From an uncultured virus (IMG/VR IMGVR_UViG_3300026522_000846) (taxonomy: Duplodnaviria > Heunggongvirae > Uroviricota > Caudoviricetes): a DNA stretch of 64,000 bases. Positions 18,588 to 28,406 of this stretch are shown here, one piece after another; the stretch's first letter is position 1; every line of letters begins with the position of its first letter. The notes under the pieces are model-generated. The model searched no databases and was not told where the DNA came from. It saw only the letters and a list, made by a program, of their open reading frames with translations. Made by a program: the position numbers and the translations under genes. The stretch is from the IMG/VR virus record IMGVR_UViG_3300026522_000846, one strand, 5' to 3'.

Positions 18588-19520
18588 TTAAGAGCGAACC
18601 TTGTTCCACACAACTACAAAAATAAATACCAGTACCCCAAACAGAGCGATGACTTTGGTCATCGTTGAAACCTTTCTGACGGGTTCGGACTGTACCGTAA
18701 CGTCAGGCTTTTTCTCCTTATCCTTTATGACTGTCTTTTTAGGAGCTGCCGTTTTCCGTTTATAATTCTCCGCTCTGACATCGCCATCAGTCTCCAATGT
18801 GCTGTCTGTCGCATTATGCTGTCTTAACAGCTTCTCGCCGTCACCCTTCAGCCAGTCAAGACTTCCTGCACAGGCTGTCAGTCCGTAAGTCCCGCCCGCC
18901 ACAGGCTCTATTCTTTCCTGATAACAGAGATTACCGCCATTGAATCCATTCGAGACCGTATATACCGTAATGTCATAATCGTTGAAATAACTGTCGGCAG
19001 GTATCTGTATCGTTCCCTTACATACATTATTCTCCCTGTCGTAGTCGCCAAGGTGTGAGAACGTATATGTGAATTTAACGCCTGACTTCCGATGAGTAAA
19101 CGAAACAAGGGTATCGCTTGAATCAAACAGGTCAGAGTCGGGATCTAAAAACATGGTAAATCCGATATTAGCTCTGTCATCGTTCAATATCGGAAGCTGT
19201 TTTAAGTCAACGTCCATATCCTCATGGAAATTTGTCGAGTTGAGACCGTACTTTGAAAACTCATTCTGGTCTACCCCAACACCTTCCGCTAATGGAACGA
19301 ACCCTTGGTTCATTCCTAGCGCAGTAATGGTTTTTGAAGAGAACGATATAGAGAGCGTTGTAAGAACGGCAACTGCACAAAGGATAATTTCTGACCCTTT
19401 GCGCAGCAAAGGGTCAGCATTAAAGTTCGTAGAACGAATTTCTGAGCCTTTGCGAAGCAAAGACGAAGAGTTAAAGTTCGTAGAACGAACGTTGGGAACG
19501 ATATGCTTAAACTTTCTCAT
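18588..19520 (-). CDS. Secreted, C-terminally anchored protein with repeat-derived N-terminal inserts
   Basis: Signal-like hydrophobic stretch and C-terminal TM helix; two B units and one half-A unit in frame. Confidence 0.75.
   Translation of the reverse strand: MRKFKHIVPNVRSTNFNSSSLLRKGSEIRSTNFNADPLLRKGSEIILCAVAVLTTLSISFSSKTITALGMNQGFVPLAEGVGVDQNEFSKYGLNSTNFHEDMDVDLKQLPILNDDRANIGFTMFLDPDSDLFDSSDTLVSFTHRKSGVKFTYTFSHLGDYDRENNVCKGTIQIPADSYFNDYDITVYTVSNGFNGGNLCYQERIEPVAGGTYGLTACAGSLDWLKGDGEKLLRQHNATDSTLETDGDVRAENYKRKTAAPKKTVIKDKEKKPDVTVQSEPVRKVSTMTKVIALFGVLVFIFVVVWNKVRS
19292..19318. repeat. Family-A single hairpin (27-nt in-frame insert)
   Basis: ATGGAACGAACCCTTGGTTCATTCCTA. Confidence 0.8.
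19390..19491. repeat. Two tandem 51-nt family-B units
   Basis: TCTGA..CTTTGC...GCAAAG......TTAAAGTTCGTAGAACGAA twice; encodes RSTNFN...LLRKGSEI twice. Confidence 0.9.
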
Positions 19521-19525
19521 AAATT

Positions 19526-20197
19526 TTACTCCATAGCCTTCAATATTTCTATTTCGGCATCGCCTGTTTCAGGAAGACGGTACTTGATATAGTCAAGGAA
19601 ATTTGCTTTCTGTATCGCTTTCGGATATGAGAAAAAAACCATATCGAGTATGCCGTCATCCATGAGTCCATATACGCTGTCATAAAACGTGGAAAGACGC
19701 ATTGTTCTCATAAGGCTTATTAGTTCCGCAGGATGTTCCTCGGCAAATTTCATTACCGCCTTGCATGACGAGTCATTGAATAAGACCTGCAATACCCACT
19801 GCACTGCCAGATTGGCTTCCGCAAGGTCTTTATCGTTTTCCCATATCTCTTTCGCCTTCATGTGTTTCAGCGTAAAAAGATATCGATCTAACGGATCATC
19901 GGGAACTTTGAGTTTGTACAATTCGGGGAACATCAAAGACAGAAGATACTTCGTCTTTGCCTTTTTCCCTACGACCGGATAGTCGACCATGCGGGCAAAG
20001 CGGATAAGGTTATACGTTTCCAGAAACCGCTTATCGAGAAAGCACTCTACCTGTTCCGGCTTAAATCCGAGTATGTTTATCAGTGCGTATTTTAAGCTCC
20101 ACGCAGCTTCAGCCGAGGTGAGCGTGACGGTGCGAATCTTTTCGCCCGTCAACGTCTTCTCGACATTTATTATGAGATTTCGCTCATTGTCAGTCAT
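19526..20197 (-). CDS. Hypothetical protein
   Basis: 223-aa ORF with GAGG RBS, in an operon. Confidence 0.7.
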   Translation of the reverse strand: MTDNERNLIINVEKTLTGEKIRTVTLTSAEAAWSLKYALINILGFKPEQVECFLDKRFLETYNLIRFARMVDYPVVGKKAKTKYLLSLMFPELYKLKVPDDPLDRYLFTLKHMKAKEIWENDKDLAEANLAVQWVLQVLFNDSSCKAVMKFAEEHPAELISLMRTMRLSTFYDSVYGLMDDGILDMVFFSYPKAIQKANFLDYIKYRLPETGDAEIEILKAME

Positions 20198-20200
20198 AAA

Positions 20201-21604
20201 TCAAACCTCACTATTGTTAAAGAATTCATCAGGCAGGTCTACATCGCCGTCATCAGCCTCATCCTCATCATCAGCACCAAAGTCGTCTTCATCATCATTG
20301 TCATCTTCGGTTTCTGCTGATTCTTCATGCTCCGGTGACGACGTCTCCTGCTTTGGAGCGTCAGGGAATGGTGCTTCAGGACTATGCACAGGATTAATAG
20401 GTGCAGATTCAGGCTCGTTATTTGGCTCTTCTGAAGCAGTCGATTCATCGCTTGATTCTTTTGAATCAGGCGATTCATTCTCTGCCCCTGTCTCTGTCTC
20501 CGTCTCTGTCTTGGCTGACTCGGCAGGTTCAGATGTTTCGCTGACCGACTCTTCAGGAGCTGTTTCAGGAACTGTTTCGGGAGTTGTTTCAACTGGAACG
20601 ATTCTTTCAGAATCGTTCCCGGGAATGGATCGCGGATCCATTCCATTAGATGCTGTTTCTGCCTTTTCTGTATTCTCTGCATTTTCTGCATTTTCTTCTG
20701 GTTTTACAGTTTCTGTCGGCTCGACAGTTTCTGTTATTGCCTTAAAGTCAGCCGTTCCGTTTAAGATAGCTCCGGGGTGTACCTCGACTGTTCCAAGAGC
20801 ATTTATTCTTCCTGAAATATTAGCGGTCTTATATATCACAAGCTTTTCGTCAGATGTAAGGTCGCCCTCAAACTTACCGTAGATATATATGCGTTTTCCG
20901 TGAATGTTTCCCTTTGCACACGCATCCTCGGAAAGGATTATCGACTTATCAGAAACAATGTTTCCTTCGATCAGTGCCTTTCCGATATAGAGATTGTGGC
21001 AGGAAATCGTTCCGTTTATCTCGGAGTCGATCCTTGCGTTCTTCTCTGTGATCTCTACATTTACGTTTTCACCCTTTATGACAAATCCGCTTGTCATGAT
21101 GGTCTTTATCTTGTCAATGGCAGTAGTGTGTGTCTTTACCGGTGTTAATGTTGCACTTGGTGTTACTGTCATATCTTTCTCTTTTCTATTGGGAATGACT
21201 GTTCCAATTGTTCCATTAGGAGCGACATTCTGTACGCTTTCAGGCATCTTTGCCATCTTCGCTCTTTCCGCCCTCTCTCTTAACATCTTCTCTCGTGCTA
21301 CGCGAATGGCATTTCGTCTTTCGTCCTCTGACATCCGGTTCATTCCATTTTCAAGGCAAGAGCTTTTATCAATTCCACCATTACCATAATCAGTTGAGCC
21401 ATTGTTTCCTTCGGTCTCAAACGGATTCTTACTCATGTTTAATTCAGGTCTTAATTCTGCTGAATTGTCAGTATCATTTGGTACATTGTTCAGGTTTACA
21501 TCCATCTCTGTAATGGGTGTCGAACCCTCTGACCTTGCAGCATTACTGAAGTCCATCATGCCGTTGTTATTGATGTTGTTTACAAACGCCTTCATACCAC
21601 TCAT
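20201..21604 (-). CDS. Bactofilin (polymer-forming cytoskeletal) domain protein with disordered tails
   Basis: Beta-helix repeats IEGNIVS / AKGNIHG / FEGDLTS / ISGRINA / ILNGT; acidic tail. Confidence 0.75.
   Translation of the reverse strand: MSGMKAFVNNINNNGMMDFSNAARSEGSTPITEMDVNLNNVPNDTDNSAELRPELNMSKNPFETEGNNGSTDYGNGGIDKSSCLENGMNRMSEDERRNAIRVAREKMLRERAERAKMAKMPESVQNVAPNGTIGTVIPNRKEKDMTVTPSATLTPVKTHTTAIDKIKTIMTSGFVIKGENVNVEITEKNARIDSEINGTISCHNLYIGKALIEGNIVSDKSIILSEDACAKGNIHGKRIYIYGKFEGDLTSDEKLVIYKTANISGRINALGTVEVHPGAILNGTADFKAITETVEPTETVKPEENAENAENTEKAETASNGMDPRSIPGNDSERIVPVETTPETVPETAPEESVSETSEPAESAKTETETETGAENESPDSKESSDESTASEEPNNEPESAPINPVHSPEAPFPDAPKQETSSPEHEESAETEDDNDDEDDFGADDEDEADDGDVDLPDEFFNNSEV
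20593..20646. repeat. Family-A element with a CCCGGG junction, in frame
   Basis: Encodes NGMDPRSIPGNDSERIVP. Confidence 0.88.
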
Positions 21605-21628
21605 AAAATTTTTGTCCTTTCAATTACC

Positions 21629-21654
21629 GGAAAGGTTCGTAGAACCTTTCCTAG
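21629..21654. repeat. Family-A single hairpin in a 5' UTR
   Basis: GGAAAGGTTCGTAGAACCTTTCC-TAG. Confidence 0.75.
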
Positions 21655-21685
21655 ATATAGTGCTAAATTTTCTATGATTAAAACG

Positions 21686-23914
21686 TTAATCATCATTTTT
21701 TTCTTCTTCTTCGAGAAGTCCATTCTCTCCCAGAAGAAATCTCGCTTCTGTTTTCTTGTCTATGATTGCCGAAGATACATTCCTCTTATAAAACAGAAGT
21801 TCATGTATTCTCTCGTCTATCGTATCTTTCGCCATCAATGTGTAGATGGTTACATGAGACTTGGTTCCGATACGGTAGCACCGATCGACCGCCTGCTCTT
21901 TGGCTGCGTCTGTCCACGGTTCGTCAAGGAAGATAACGGTCGTTGCCTTTGTGAGCGTTATTCCCGTTCCCATAGCACCGGTCGTTCCAATCATGACTTC
22001 GGGTTCGGGGTTATTCTGAAACGCTTCTACAAGTTCCATTCTTTCGCAGTCATTCGTGTCGCCTGTAATCATCTTGCAGTCAATACCGCCCTTTGACAGG
22101 AATTCTTTGAAGTCGTAAAGCGGTTGTTTCCACGAGCAGAACACGACTACGGATTCGTTACCCGAAAAGGCGTTCTGGATAAGGTCAAGGGCACGTTCAA
22201 ACTTCTCGGAATATCCTGCATCCTCATCAATCAGGCAGGGATCCAATGTGCATTGTCTTAAGTGCAGAAGTCTTGTAAGCGGATTATCGTTCTCATCCAT
22301 ATCATCAATTTCTTCCGCTACATCCGAGCGTATTCCCTTATACATGGCCTGATGTTCATCTGACAGTTCAACGATCTGATCCTCGTATGTCTTGGGTGGC
22401 AGATCGAGCACATCCTCTTTCGTTCTACGGAGCATGATCTTATCTATGTTCCTATCAAGGATGGACAGATTTCTCAAACGCCCCTTGCCGTCAATGAAGA
22501 AGTTTCGGAACATGGAGTATGTGTGCTTTTCATAGCCAAGCCATCTCAAATACGAGTAAACGTCTGTCGGATTATTCATGATCGGCGTACCCGTCATGGC
22601 GATCTTGCATTCAGGCTGTAGCTTGAACAATCCCTTTGTCTGCGAAGCCTGTGGGTTCTTGCACTTATGTATCTCGTCAGCAATCACCATGTTGATCTTT
22701 TTATCATTTATAAGTGACACGAGCTTATCTACCGCAGTCTTGTCTCTTAAGAATTCGATATTCGTTATGATGAAGTAGGGCAGTTCGTCTATGCTTTCAA
22801 GGTCAGATATTCGCTTCTTTGTGTCGTACCCAATAGAACCGTCCTTTTTTACAAAAGAGCCCAGTACATGGGCACTCTCGAACGTATGTGTCTTTATCTC
22901 ATTCACCCAGTTCCATTTCAATGTATTCACACAGCATACAATAAGGCAGTGTTCGTAATGGAGCTGCTGTTTTCTGACGCTTGCTATGGTGGCGGATTCC
23001 AGTGTCTTTCCAAGTCCCTGACTGTCGCAAAGCAGAAATCTGTCGTGAGACAGACTGAACTCTATCGCTTCTTCCTGATAAGAAAACGGCACTGTTTTCC
23101 AGTCGAAGTCATAGTCAAACTCCCTCTCCTCCGTTTCGGGATAGGTCATTATGGATTCAAGAGAAAAGTCTTTCGGTACATCCCATGAGAACGATATGTT
23201 GTAAATGCAATCATTCCATCTCTTTGACAGATCATCATCATAATCAGCTCTGACCGATTCATAGTCACCAACAGACTTGAATGTAGCACCCTCTCCGTCA
23301 CGCCACGGATATATGTCATACTGGTCGGAAAGAACATCAAGAAAATGTGACACGAATTCGTCATCATTACACTTGATGCTGACCGAAAAATCAAAGTCTA
23401 TTCCTCTTGATTTCGGTCTTATCGTAAAGGCGATGTCGCAGTCTTCCTTGGGCAGTTCCTGACTTGAATACCCTCTGCCTGTCTCGACTTCAAGATCGAG
23501 ATGGTCTCTCAATATCGGAAATGGCGGTTCGACTCTTTCGGCTATGGTCTCCATATTTTCCTGAAATTCTTCCGTCACATCCTCATGGCTTGAAAAGGCT
23601 GAAAGCGGGATAAGTCCCGCCCAACACTTCTCGGTCTCGAATATCTTTCCGTTATAATGGGTATGGAACGAAGCATTCAGTCCGTATGGTGTCCTTATCG
23701 CCCACCGATACAGCTTCCTTGTTGTTTCGTGCGTAAATGTAATGACACCAAAAAGGCACTTCCTTGTCCGCCTTATCGGAAGGAAATACATGGACTGATA
23801 CTGATACTGTATCGGTACAGGACAGTCTCCGTTCATTTCCATCAATTTGAAGTTTTCTGTTGCGTGCTTGAACATCCAGAATTTCAGCCGTATCTTAAAT
23901 ATCCGAACGATCAT
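21686..23914 (-). CDS. SNF2-family helicase/ATPase
   Basis: QGLGKT, DEIH, TGTP, LRRTK and QAVDRCYRIG. Confidence 0.92.
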   Translation of the reverse strand: MIVRIFKIRLKFWMFKHATENFKLMEMNGDCPVPIQYQYQSMYFLPIRRTRKCLFGVITFTHETTRKLYRWAIRTPYGLNASFHTHYNGKIFETEKCWAGLIPLSAFSSHEDVTEEFQENMETIAERVEPPFPILRDHLDLEVETGRGYSSQELPKEDCDIAFTIRPKSRGIDFDFSVSIKCNDDEFVSHFLDVLSDQYDIYPWRDGEGATFKSVGDYESVRADYDDDLSKRWNDCIYNISFSWDVPKDFSLESIMTYPETEEREFDYDFDWKTVPFSYQEEAIEFSLSHDRFLLCDSQGLGKTLESATIASVRKQQLHYEHCLIVCCVNTLKWNWVNEIKTHTFESAHVLGSFVKKDGSIGYDTKKRISDLESIDELPYFIITNIEFLRDKTAVDKLVSLINDKKINMVIADEIHKCKNPQASQTKGLFKLQPECKIAMTGTPIMNNPTDVYSYLRWLGYEKHTYSMFRNFFIDGKGRLRNLSILDRNIDKIMLRRTKEDVLDLPPKTYEDQIVELSDEHQAMYKGIRSDVAEEIDDMDENDNPLTRLLHLRQCTLDPCLIDEDAGYSEKFERALDLIQNAFSGNESVVVFCSWKQPLYDFKEFLSKGGIDCKMITGDTNDCERMELVEAFQNNPEPEVMIGTTGAMGTGITLTKATTVIFLDEPWTDAAKEQAVDRCYRIGTKSHVTIYTLMAKDTIDERIHELLFYKRNVSSAIIDKKTEARFLLGENGLLEEEEKNDD

Positions 23915-24185
23915 AAATCTTTCTTTCGCTTTCTCTGTCTATCTCTTCTTCGGTCGGTTCTCTACGCCAAATAGCGTCTCCGACACGCTCATCGTATTCA
24001 TCTAATGGAATGGATCGCAGATCCATTCCTAGGAACGGTTCTTTTAGAACCGTTCCATCAAGTGCTACTACCTTGAACGGATTGGTTTTCTTTGCATATT
24101 GGAGGGCATCATCCTTGTTGAGGAATCGTTTTGTGACACCCACCCCATAGCTTTCATACACCATGTATGAATCAATCATTCGCAT
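23895..24185 (-). CDS. Small hypothetical protein with an in-frame family-A insert (24005-24058)
   Basis: VVALD[GTVLKEPFLGMDLRSIPLD]EYDER. Confidence 0.65.
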   Translation of the reverse strand: MRMIDSYMVYESYGVGVTKRFLNKDDALQYAKKTNPFKVVALDGTVLKEPFLGMDLRSIPLDEYDERVGDAIWRREPTEEEIDRESERKIYDRSDI

Positions 24186-24808
24186 TCCTCCGCGTCATCG
24201 TAAGTGCAGCCCTTTGATCTCTTCAGTCTTTCATTCGATTGCTCAATAATTCTTTCAATATCTTCTTCAGACTCCATATTCGCTTCCGAATAGAGACGAT
24301 CGTAGTCAATGGGAAGATCATCCAAATAGTAGAATTTGTTATATTTTATTCCCTTGAACTGCGGTCCGAATTTCGTAATAGGAATACTGCAAGAATACGG
24401 TATGGTATCTGTCATGAGATTTCCAGTCATGATAAAGTCAAGATAAGAAGCACCGTTTTTATGAATGGTTTTTTCAAAAGCGAAAATGTCACTGCCGTAA
24501 ACCTTATTCAATGTAAGTAACAGTTCGCATTCACGTTCAGTCAGGCAGTCACGAAGCGTCTTTCTGAACCTGATATATTTTCCTTCTGTTAATCCTTCAA
24601 ATACCTTGTCATCATCATATCCGTTGAATGGAACGACTGTTCCAAAGGACTTAACAGAAGGATGATGGTCGGACAGGTACAGATTCCCTTCACGATCACG
24701 GTACAGATATCCGTACTTCCTGTTCACATGGGAAAGAATTTCCCGATCTTCTGCTGTCAATATTTCCTCATTCTCGATCTTTGTGTTCCCCGACTTTGTG
24801 TTTTCCAT
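24176..24808 (-). CDS. Hypothetical phage-like protein
   Basis: AAGGAG RBS; YGYLYRDREGNLYL. Confidence 0.7.
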   Translation of the reverse strand: MENTKSGNTKIENEEILTAEDREILSHVNRKYGYLYRDREGNLYLSDHHPSVKSFGTVVPFNGYDDDKVFEGLTEGKYIRFRKTLRDCLTERECELLLTLNKVYGSDIFAFEKTIHKNGASYLDFIMTGNLMTDTIPYSCSIPITKFGPQFKGIKYNKFYYLDDLPIDYDRLYSEANMESEEDIERIIEQSNERLKRSKGCTYDDAEECE

Positions 24809-24829
24809 AGATTTTTCTCCTTTTCATTC

Positions 24830-24911
24830 AGAACAAATGCTTGCATTCGTTCCATTTAATGGAAAGGGACTTTAGTCCCTTTCCTAGGAGTGATGTTTCA
24901 CATCACTCCAT
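24830..24911. repeat. Degenerate half unit plus a full family-A element
   Basis: ...CATTCGTTCCAT-TTA-ATGGAAAGGGACTTTAGTCCCTTTCC-TA-GGAGTGATGTTTCACATCACTCCAT. Confidence 0.88.
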
Positions 24912-25063
24912 TTTCCGTTGCTATTTTTTCTATGGTTAAAAAACTAAATTATTCGCAAATGTATTCGAAAAAATACAATCTTTTCTGTTTTTTGCAAAAA
25001 AAAGAGACTTCGATGGTCTCGAAGTCTCCAAATTCTATTTCACTCCCGAACTTCTTCTCCTTC

Positions 25064-25168
25064 ATGGAATGGATTGCGAACGTTCAGCTTATAGTCTTTA
25101 ACTCTTCGTCATCGCTACGCGATGACTCAAATCCATTCCTAGGAACGGTTCTTTTAGAACCGTTCCAT
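25064..25168. repeat. Family-A element with a 51-nt family-B unit nested in its loop
   Basis: 105 nt = 54 + 51. Confidence 0.88.
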
Positions 25169-25987
25169 TTCATAATAATGTTCATATTCTTTCTGCACTT
25201 CGTTCAGTGTGTCCTCCAGACAGGACTCAACATTGTCGGCATCCTCCCGAATATATTCCTTGGTTTTATCAGGAACTTCCGGTTCCAGTTTGTATGCTGA
25301 AAGATAGTCTGACTCACACTTTTTGATATATGCCTGTTTATCAAAGCTCTCAACACACTTTTGCAGATTATCCAGAAAACTTCTATCAGGATCATCTTTA
25401 TCAAAAGGAACGTCTATCTTATATCCGTCAGTAGTCCAATCGTAATATCCTCTGGGCAAAGCGTGGCAGACCAGTTCTATATGGTCGTCATAAACGCGGG
25501 ATATGTTATCAAGATTTTCAGTTACACTTAATCCGACATCGGATGCCAGACAACTGTAAAAATCGGATATACCCTCATTAAGCAGTTCGATATCCTGTTC
25601 GCATTTTATCGTCAGAAATTCATCATCATTACAAGATCGATAACCGACACGAAGGCATTTATATTCCGCATCATAATCAAAGTCGTCATCCTCCGGTTCA
25701 ACAGTAAAATAAGTATTCAGAACGAACGTATCTTTATTATTCTTGTGCTGTTTATAATCACAGCAATACAATTTTCCATTTTCGTCAATGTGCCAATAGT
25801 CATCATTACTGCTGACACTCTCCCAACAATCATCTTCATGGAGACCGTCATTGCTAGACAAAAAATCGTCAAGAACACCCTCTTTTGCTATTTGTTTCAT
25901 TATCTGATCGAACATTTCGTCTCTCGACATCGAGATATGCGGATATTTCTTCATGATGCTTTTCTCTCTTTCCATTAAAAAATCCAC
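25154..25987 (-). CDS. Acidic hypothetical protein; stop codon supplied by the repeat element
   Basis: 277-aa ORF ending MERF* inside the element. Confidence 0.7.
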   Translation of the reverse strand: MDFLMEREKSIMKKYPHISMSRDEMFDQIMKQIAKEGVLDDFLSSNDGLHEDDCWESVSSNDDYWHIDENGKLYCCDYKQHKNNKDTFVLNTYFTVEPEDDDFDYDAEYKCLRVGYRSCNDDEFLTIKCEQDIELLNEGISDFYSCLASDVGLSVTENLDNISRVYDDHIELVCHALPRGYYDWTTDGYKIDVPFDKDDPDRSFLDNLQKCVESFDKQAYIKKCESDYLSAYKLEPEVPDKTKEYIREDADNVESCLEDTLNEVQKEYEHYYEMERF

Positions 25988-26030
25988 AAGTTAACTTCTT
26001 AATTTTTATGAATAAAATCTAATGAAAAAA

Positions 26031-26083
26031 GTGGAGTGATGTTTCACATCACTCCTAGAAAAGGAACTAAAGTTCCTTTCCAT
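26031..26083. repeat. Family-A element
   Basis: GTGGAGTGATGTTTCACATCACTCC-TA-GAAAAGGAACTAAAGTTCCTTTCCAT. Confidence 0.88.
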
Positions 26084-26205
26084 TAAAAAGAAGGGGGTGT
26101 TTGCTCACGCAAACGCCCCGGGGGAGGATTAACTTTGAGATATAATTATAATACTTCAAATGTAGCATATTGTCAATACCTGTAATCAAAAACATATTAC
26201 AAATA

Positions 26206-26337
26206 CTGGCATGGATCGTAGATCCATGCCTAGGAACGTCGCTTTGTGTCGTTCCTAGGAGTGAACTCTTGGTTCACTCCAAATAATGGCGTGGATCGTA
26301 GATCCATGCCTAGGAGTGAACCTTTGGTTCGCTCCAG
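26206..26337. repeat. Family-A cluster: a triple-hairpin unit plus a double-hairpin unit
   Basis: Five hairpins and three CCTAGG junctions. Confidence 0.9.
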
Positions 26338-26340
26338 TGT

Positions 26341-28020
26341 TCAGGCTATCTGTTCCGTTTCGGAAAAAGATTTGAGGAAGGTCTGTCTCCGTCTTGGATT
26401 CTTCGCTATTATCTTTTTCAGATCCTCTATCGAACCTATGATAACGACTTCGTTCCTTGCCCTTGTCACTGCCGTATAAAGAAGATTTCTCGAAAACAGT
26501 CTGCCTGTTCCCTTTGGTATGCAGAGAACTACCTTGTCGTATTCTGAACCCTGTGACTTATGTATGGTCAGGGCGTAGCCAAGTTCCACATCGTCAAACA
26601 TTTTTCCTCTGACTGACACGGTGCTGTCAGCATTGTGCGACTCTTCAGAGTCGACTTCTACATGCATTCCATCTGCCAATATCGTCTCCACAGTTCCCGT
26701 ATCACCATTGACATAGCCCTTTTTTCTGTTGTTTCTTGTAAACAGCACTCTGTCACCGCAGGTATAATATCGTGGATCGGAATCGGGGTAAAGAAACGAC
26801 TTTATCCTTTGATTCATCTGACGTGTCATCTCCCTTGTCGGGCAAAGCACCATTGTCGTATCTCTGTCATACTCCGACAGCACAAGGTCTCCTATTTCGT
26901 CATCAGACGCTTCGTATATCTTAAAACTCTCACTTGTATGGAGGTTTAAGAACCCCATCTTTATCTTTCTTGCATTCTCTACGATGGCATCTCCCGAACG
27001 ATGGTTTTCAAGCAGTCTTTTTGTAGGCACATGCAGGTCTATAAGGTCATGCAGAATGTCTCCGCACGAGACCGATTCAAGCTGATCTATGTCACCGACA
27101 ATGAGCAGCTTTTTGATCCTTACATACCGCATGAGTTCATAGAAAATATCCAGAGGTATCATAGAACCCTCATCGATCACACAGAAGTCTATGATGTCGG
27201 GATTTTCATTGTCATGGTTAAAGTGTTCCTTTAATGCCAGATAATGTATGGTCGTCGGCATATATTCTCCGCCAGTACATACATCCATACGCTTTGCAGC
27301 CTTTCCTGTCGGTGCAAGCAGAACGATCTCTTTTCTCTCGTATTGTTTTCTATACTCGCTCAATATATAGTTTATCGTAGTCGTTTTTCCTGTACCCGGT
27401 CCTCCGGTCAGGATAGAGAAGTCCGTTTTCATAACGGCATCTATGGCCTCATTCTGTTCATCGCAGAGATGGTCTGACGGTTCGTACTGAAAGTCAGATG
27501 TCGAGCATGACGGCTCTTTCAACAGCCCTGTGACCTTGTTTGCAATAAAGAGTTCCATATTGTGGTTCTTCTGCAATCCTATTTTTTCGCCATCGTAAAA
27601 GAACTTATGGTCGGCATCCTTCGTCTGATTTACATAGTCGATGACGGATTCCATAAAATCAATGGTCATGTCAGGAAACAGTTTTAAAAGCCTTACTGTA
27701 AAGTAATGTACATTCATCCATGTGTCACCGCTGTTCTCGGCACCTTCCAGAATGCTATACATTCCCGCATACACAAGCTCCAGATACTCATCAAATGTTT
27801 CCGTCTGAAACGTCTGTATACCGTGAGAATAGAAGTATCTGAACGGAAAATGATAGTCAGTCACGAGTATGTAGGGATCGCCAAGGATAAGTCCCATGGT
27901 ATCTGATACATCTTCCATAAAGTCCTTTACAAGCTGTCCGAACTTTACGTTTTCGCTATAATCTCCGCCGTAGAGGGCGGTGAAGAAAGAAATCTCGCTC
28001 TTTGTCATAAAACAAAACAC
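26341..28020 (-). CDS. recD2: RecD2/TraA-like SF1B helicase
   Basis: GGPGTGKT, APTGKAA, IDEGSM, GDIDQL, TIHKSQGSE and YTAVTRA. Confidence 0.9.
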   Translation of the reverse strand: MFCFMTKSEISFFTALYGGDYSENVKFGQLVKDFMEDVSDTMGLILGDPYILVTDYHFPFRYFYSHGIQTFQTETFDEYLELVYAGMYSILEGAENSGDTWMNVHYFTVRLLKLFPDMTIDFMESVIDYVNQTKDADHKFFYDGEKIGLQKNHNMELFIANKVTGLLKEPSCSTSDFQYEPSDHLCDEQNEAIDAVMKTDFSILTGGPGTGKTTTINYILSEYRKQYERKEIVLLAPTGKAAKRMDVCTGGEYMPTTIHYLALKEHFNHDNENPDIIDFCVIDEGSMIPLDIFYELMRYVRIKKLLIVGDIDQLESVSCGDILHDLIDLHVPTKRLLENHRSGDAIVENARKIKMGFLNLHTSESFKIYEASDDEIGDLVLSEYDRDTTMVLCPTREMTRQMNQRIKSFLYPDSDPRYYTCGDRVLFTRNNRKKGYVNGDTGTVETILADGMHVEVDSEESHNADSTVSVRGKMFDDVELGYALTIHKSQGSEYDKVVLCIPKGTGRLFSRNLLYTAVTRARNEVVIIGSIEDLKKIIAKNPRRRQTFLKSFSETEQIA

Positions 28021-28028
28021 CCCGACTC

Positions 28029-28166
28029 TTGAAACGATTCTAACGAATCAAGCGATTTATCGCTTGATATGGCAGAATCGCCCCTAGAAATAATCACAAA
28101 ACAACCCATCTCATGGAGTGAACCTTTTGTTCACTCCTAGGAACGGTTCCTTCAGAACCGTTCCAT
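28029..28166. repeat. Degenerate A+C element followed by a full family-A element (28113-28166)
   Basis: Perfect 9-nt direct repeat CCATCTCAT at 28106-28114 and 28163-28171. Confidence 0.88.
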
Positions 28167-28190
28167 CTCATAATTTATGCGTAATTTTAA

Positions 28191-28406
28191 TTAATCCTTG
28201 TAATTGTCGAAGTCGAACCCTGTCAGTACACGGATAAATTCAGGATATTTGTCATCAGGGATCGTCATGTTGAGTTCCGTGGGCGTTACGGTTCGATTCC
28301 AGTATGCTTTCTTCTTGTCATCGTATGCACTGATAAATATCGGAATATTCTTACCTTTGCAGTACGCTATCAGGTCATTCACTTTCGATTTAAGTTCGTC
28401 TTCCAT
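28191..28406 (-). CDS. Small hypothetical protein in the parM operon
   Basis: Coupled to the upstream gene (TAATG). Confidence 0.65.
   Translation of the reverse strand: MEDELKSKVNDLIAYCKGKNIPIFISAYDDKKKAYWNRTVTPTELNMTIPDDKYPEFIRVLTGFDFDNYKD

Noticed and set aside
19989..20882. 297-aa Ser-rich plus-strand ORF
   Set aside because: Antisense shadow of the acidic tail of the bactofilin-domain gene.
24628..24645. ATGGAACGACTGTTCCAA mini-hairpin as a family-A copy
   Set aside because: Too short and degenerate to distinguish from chance.
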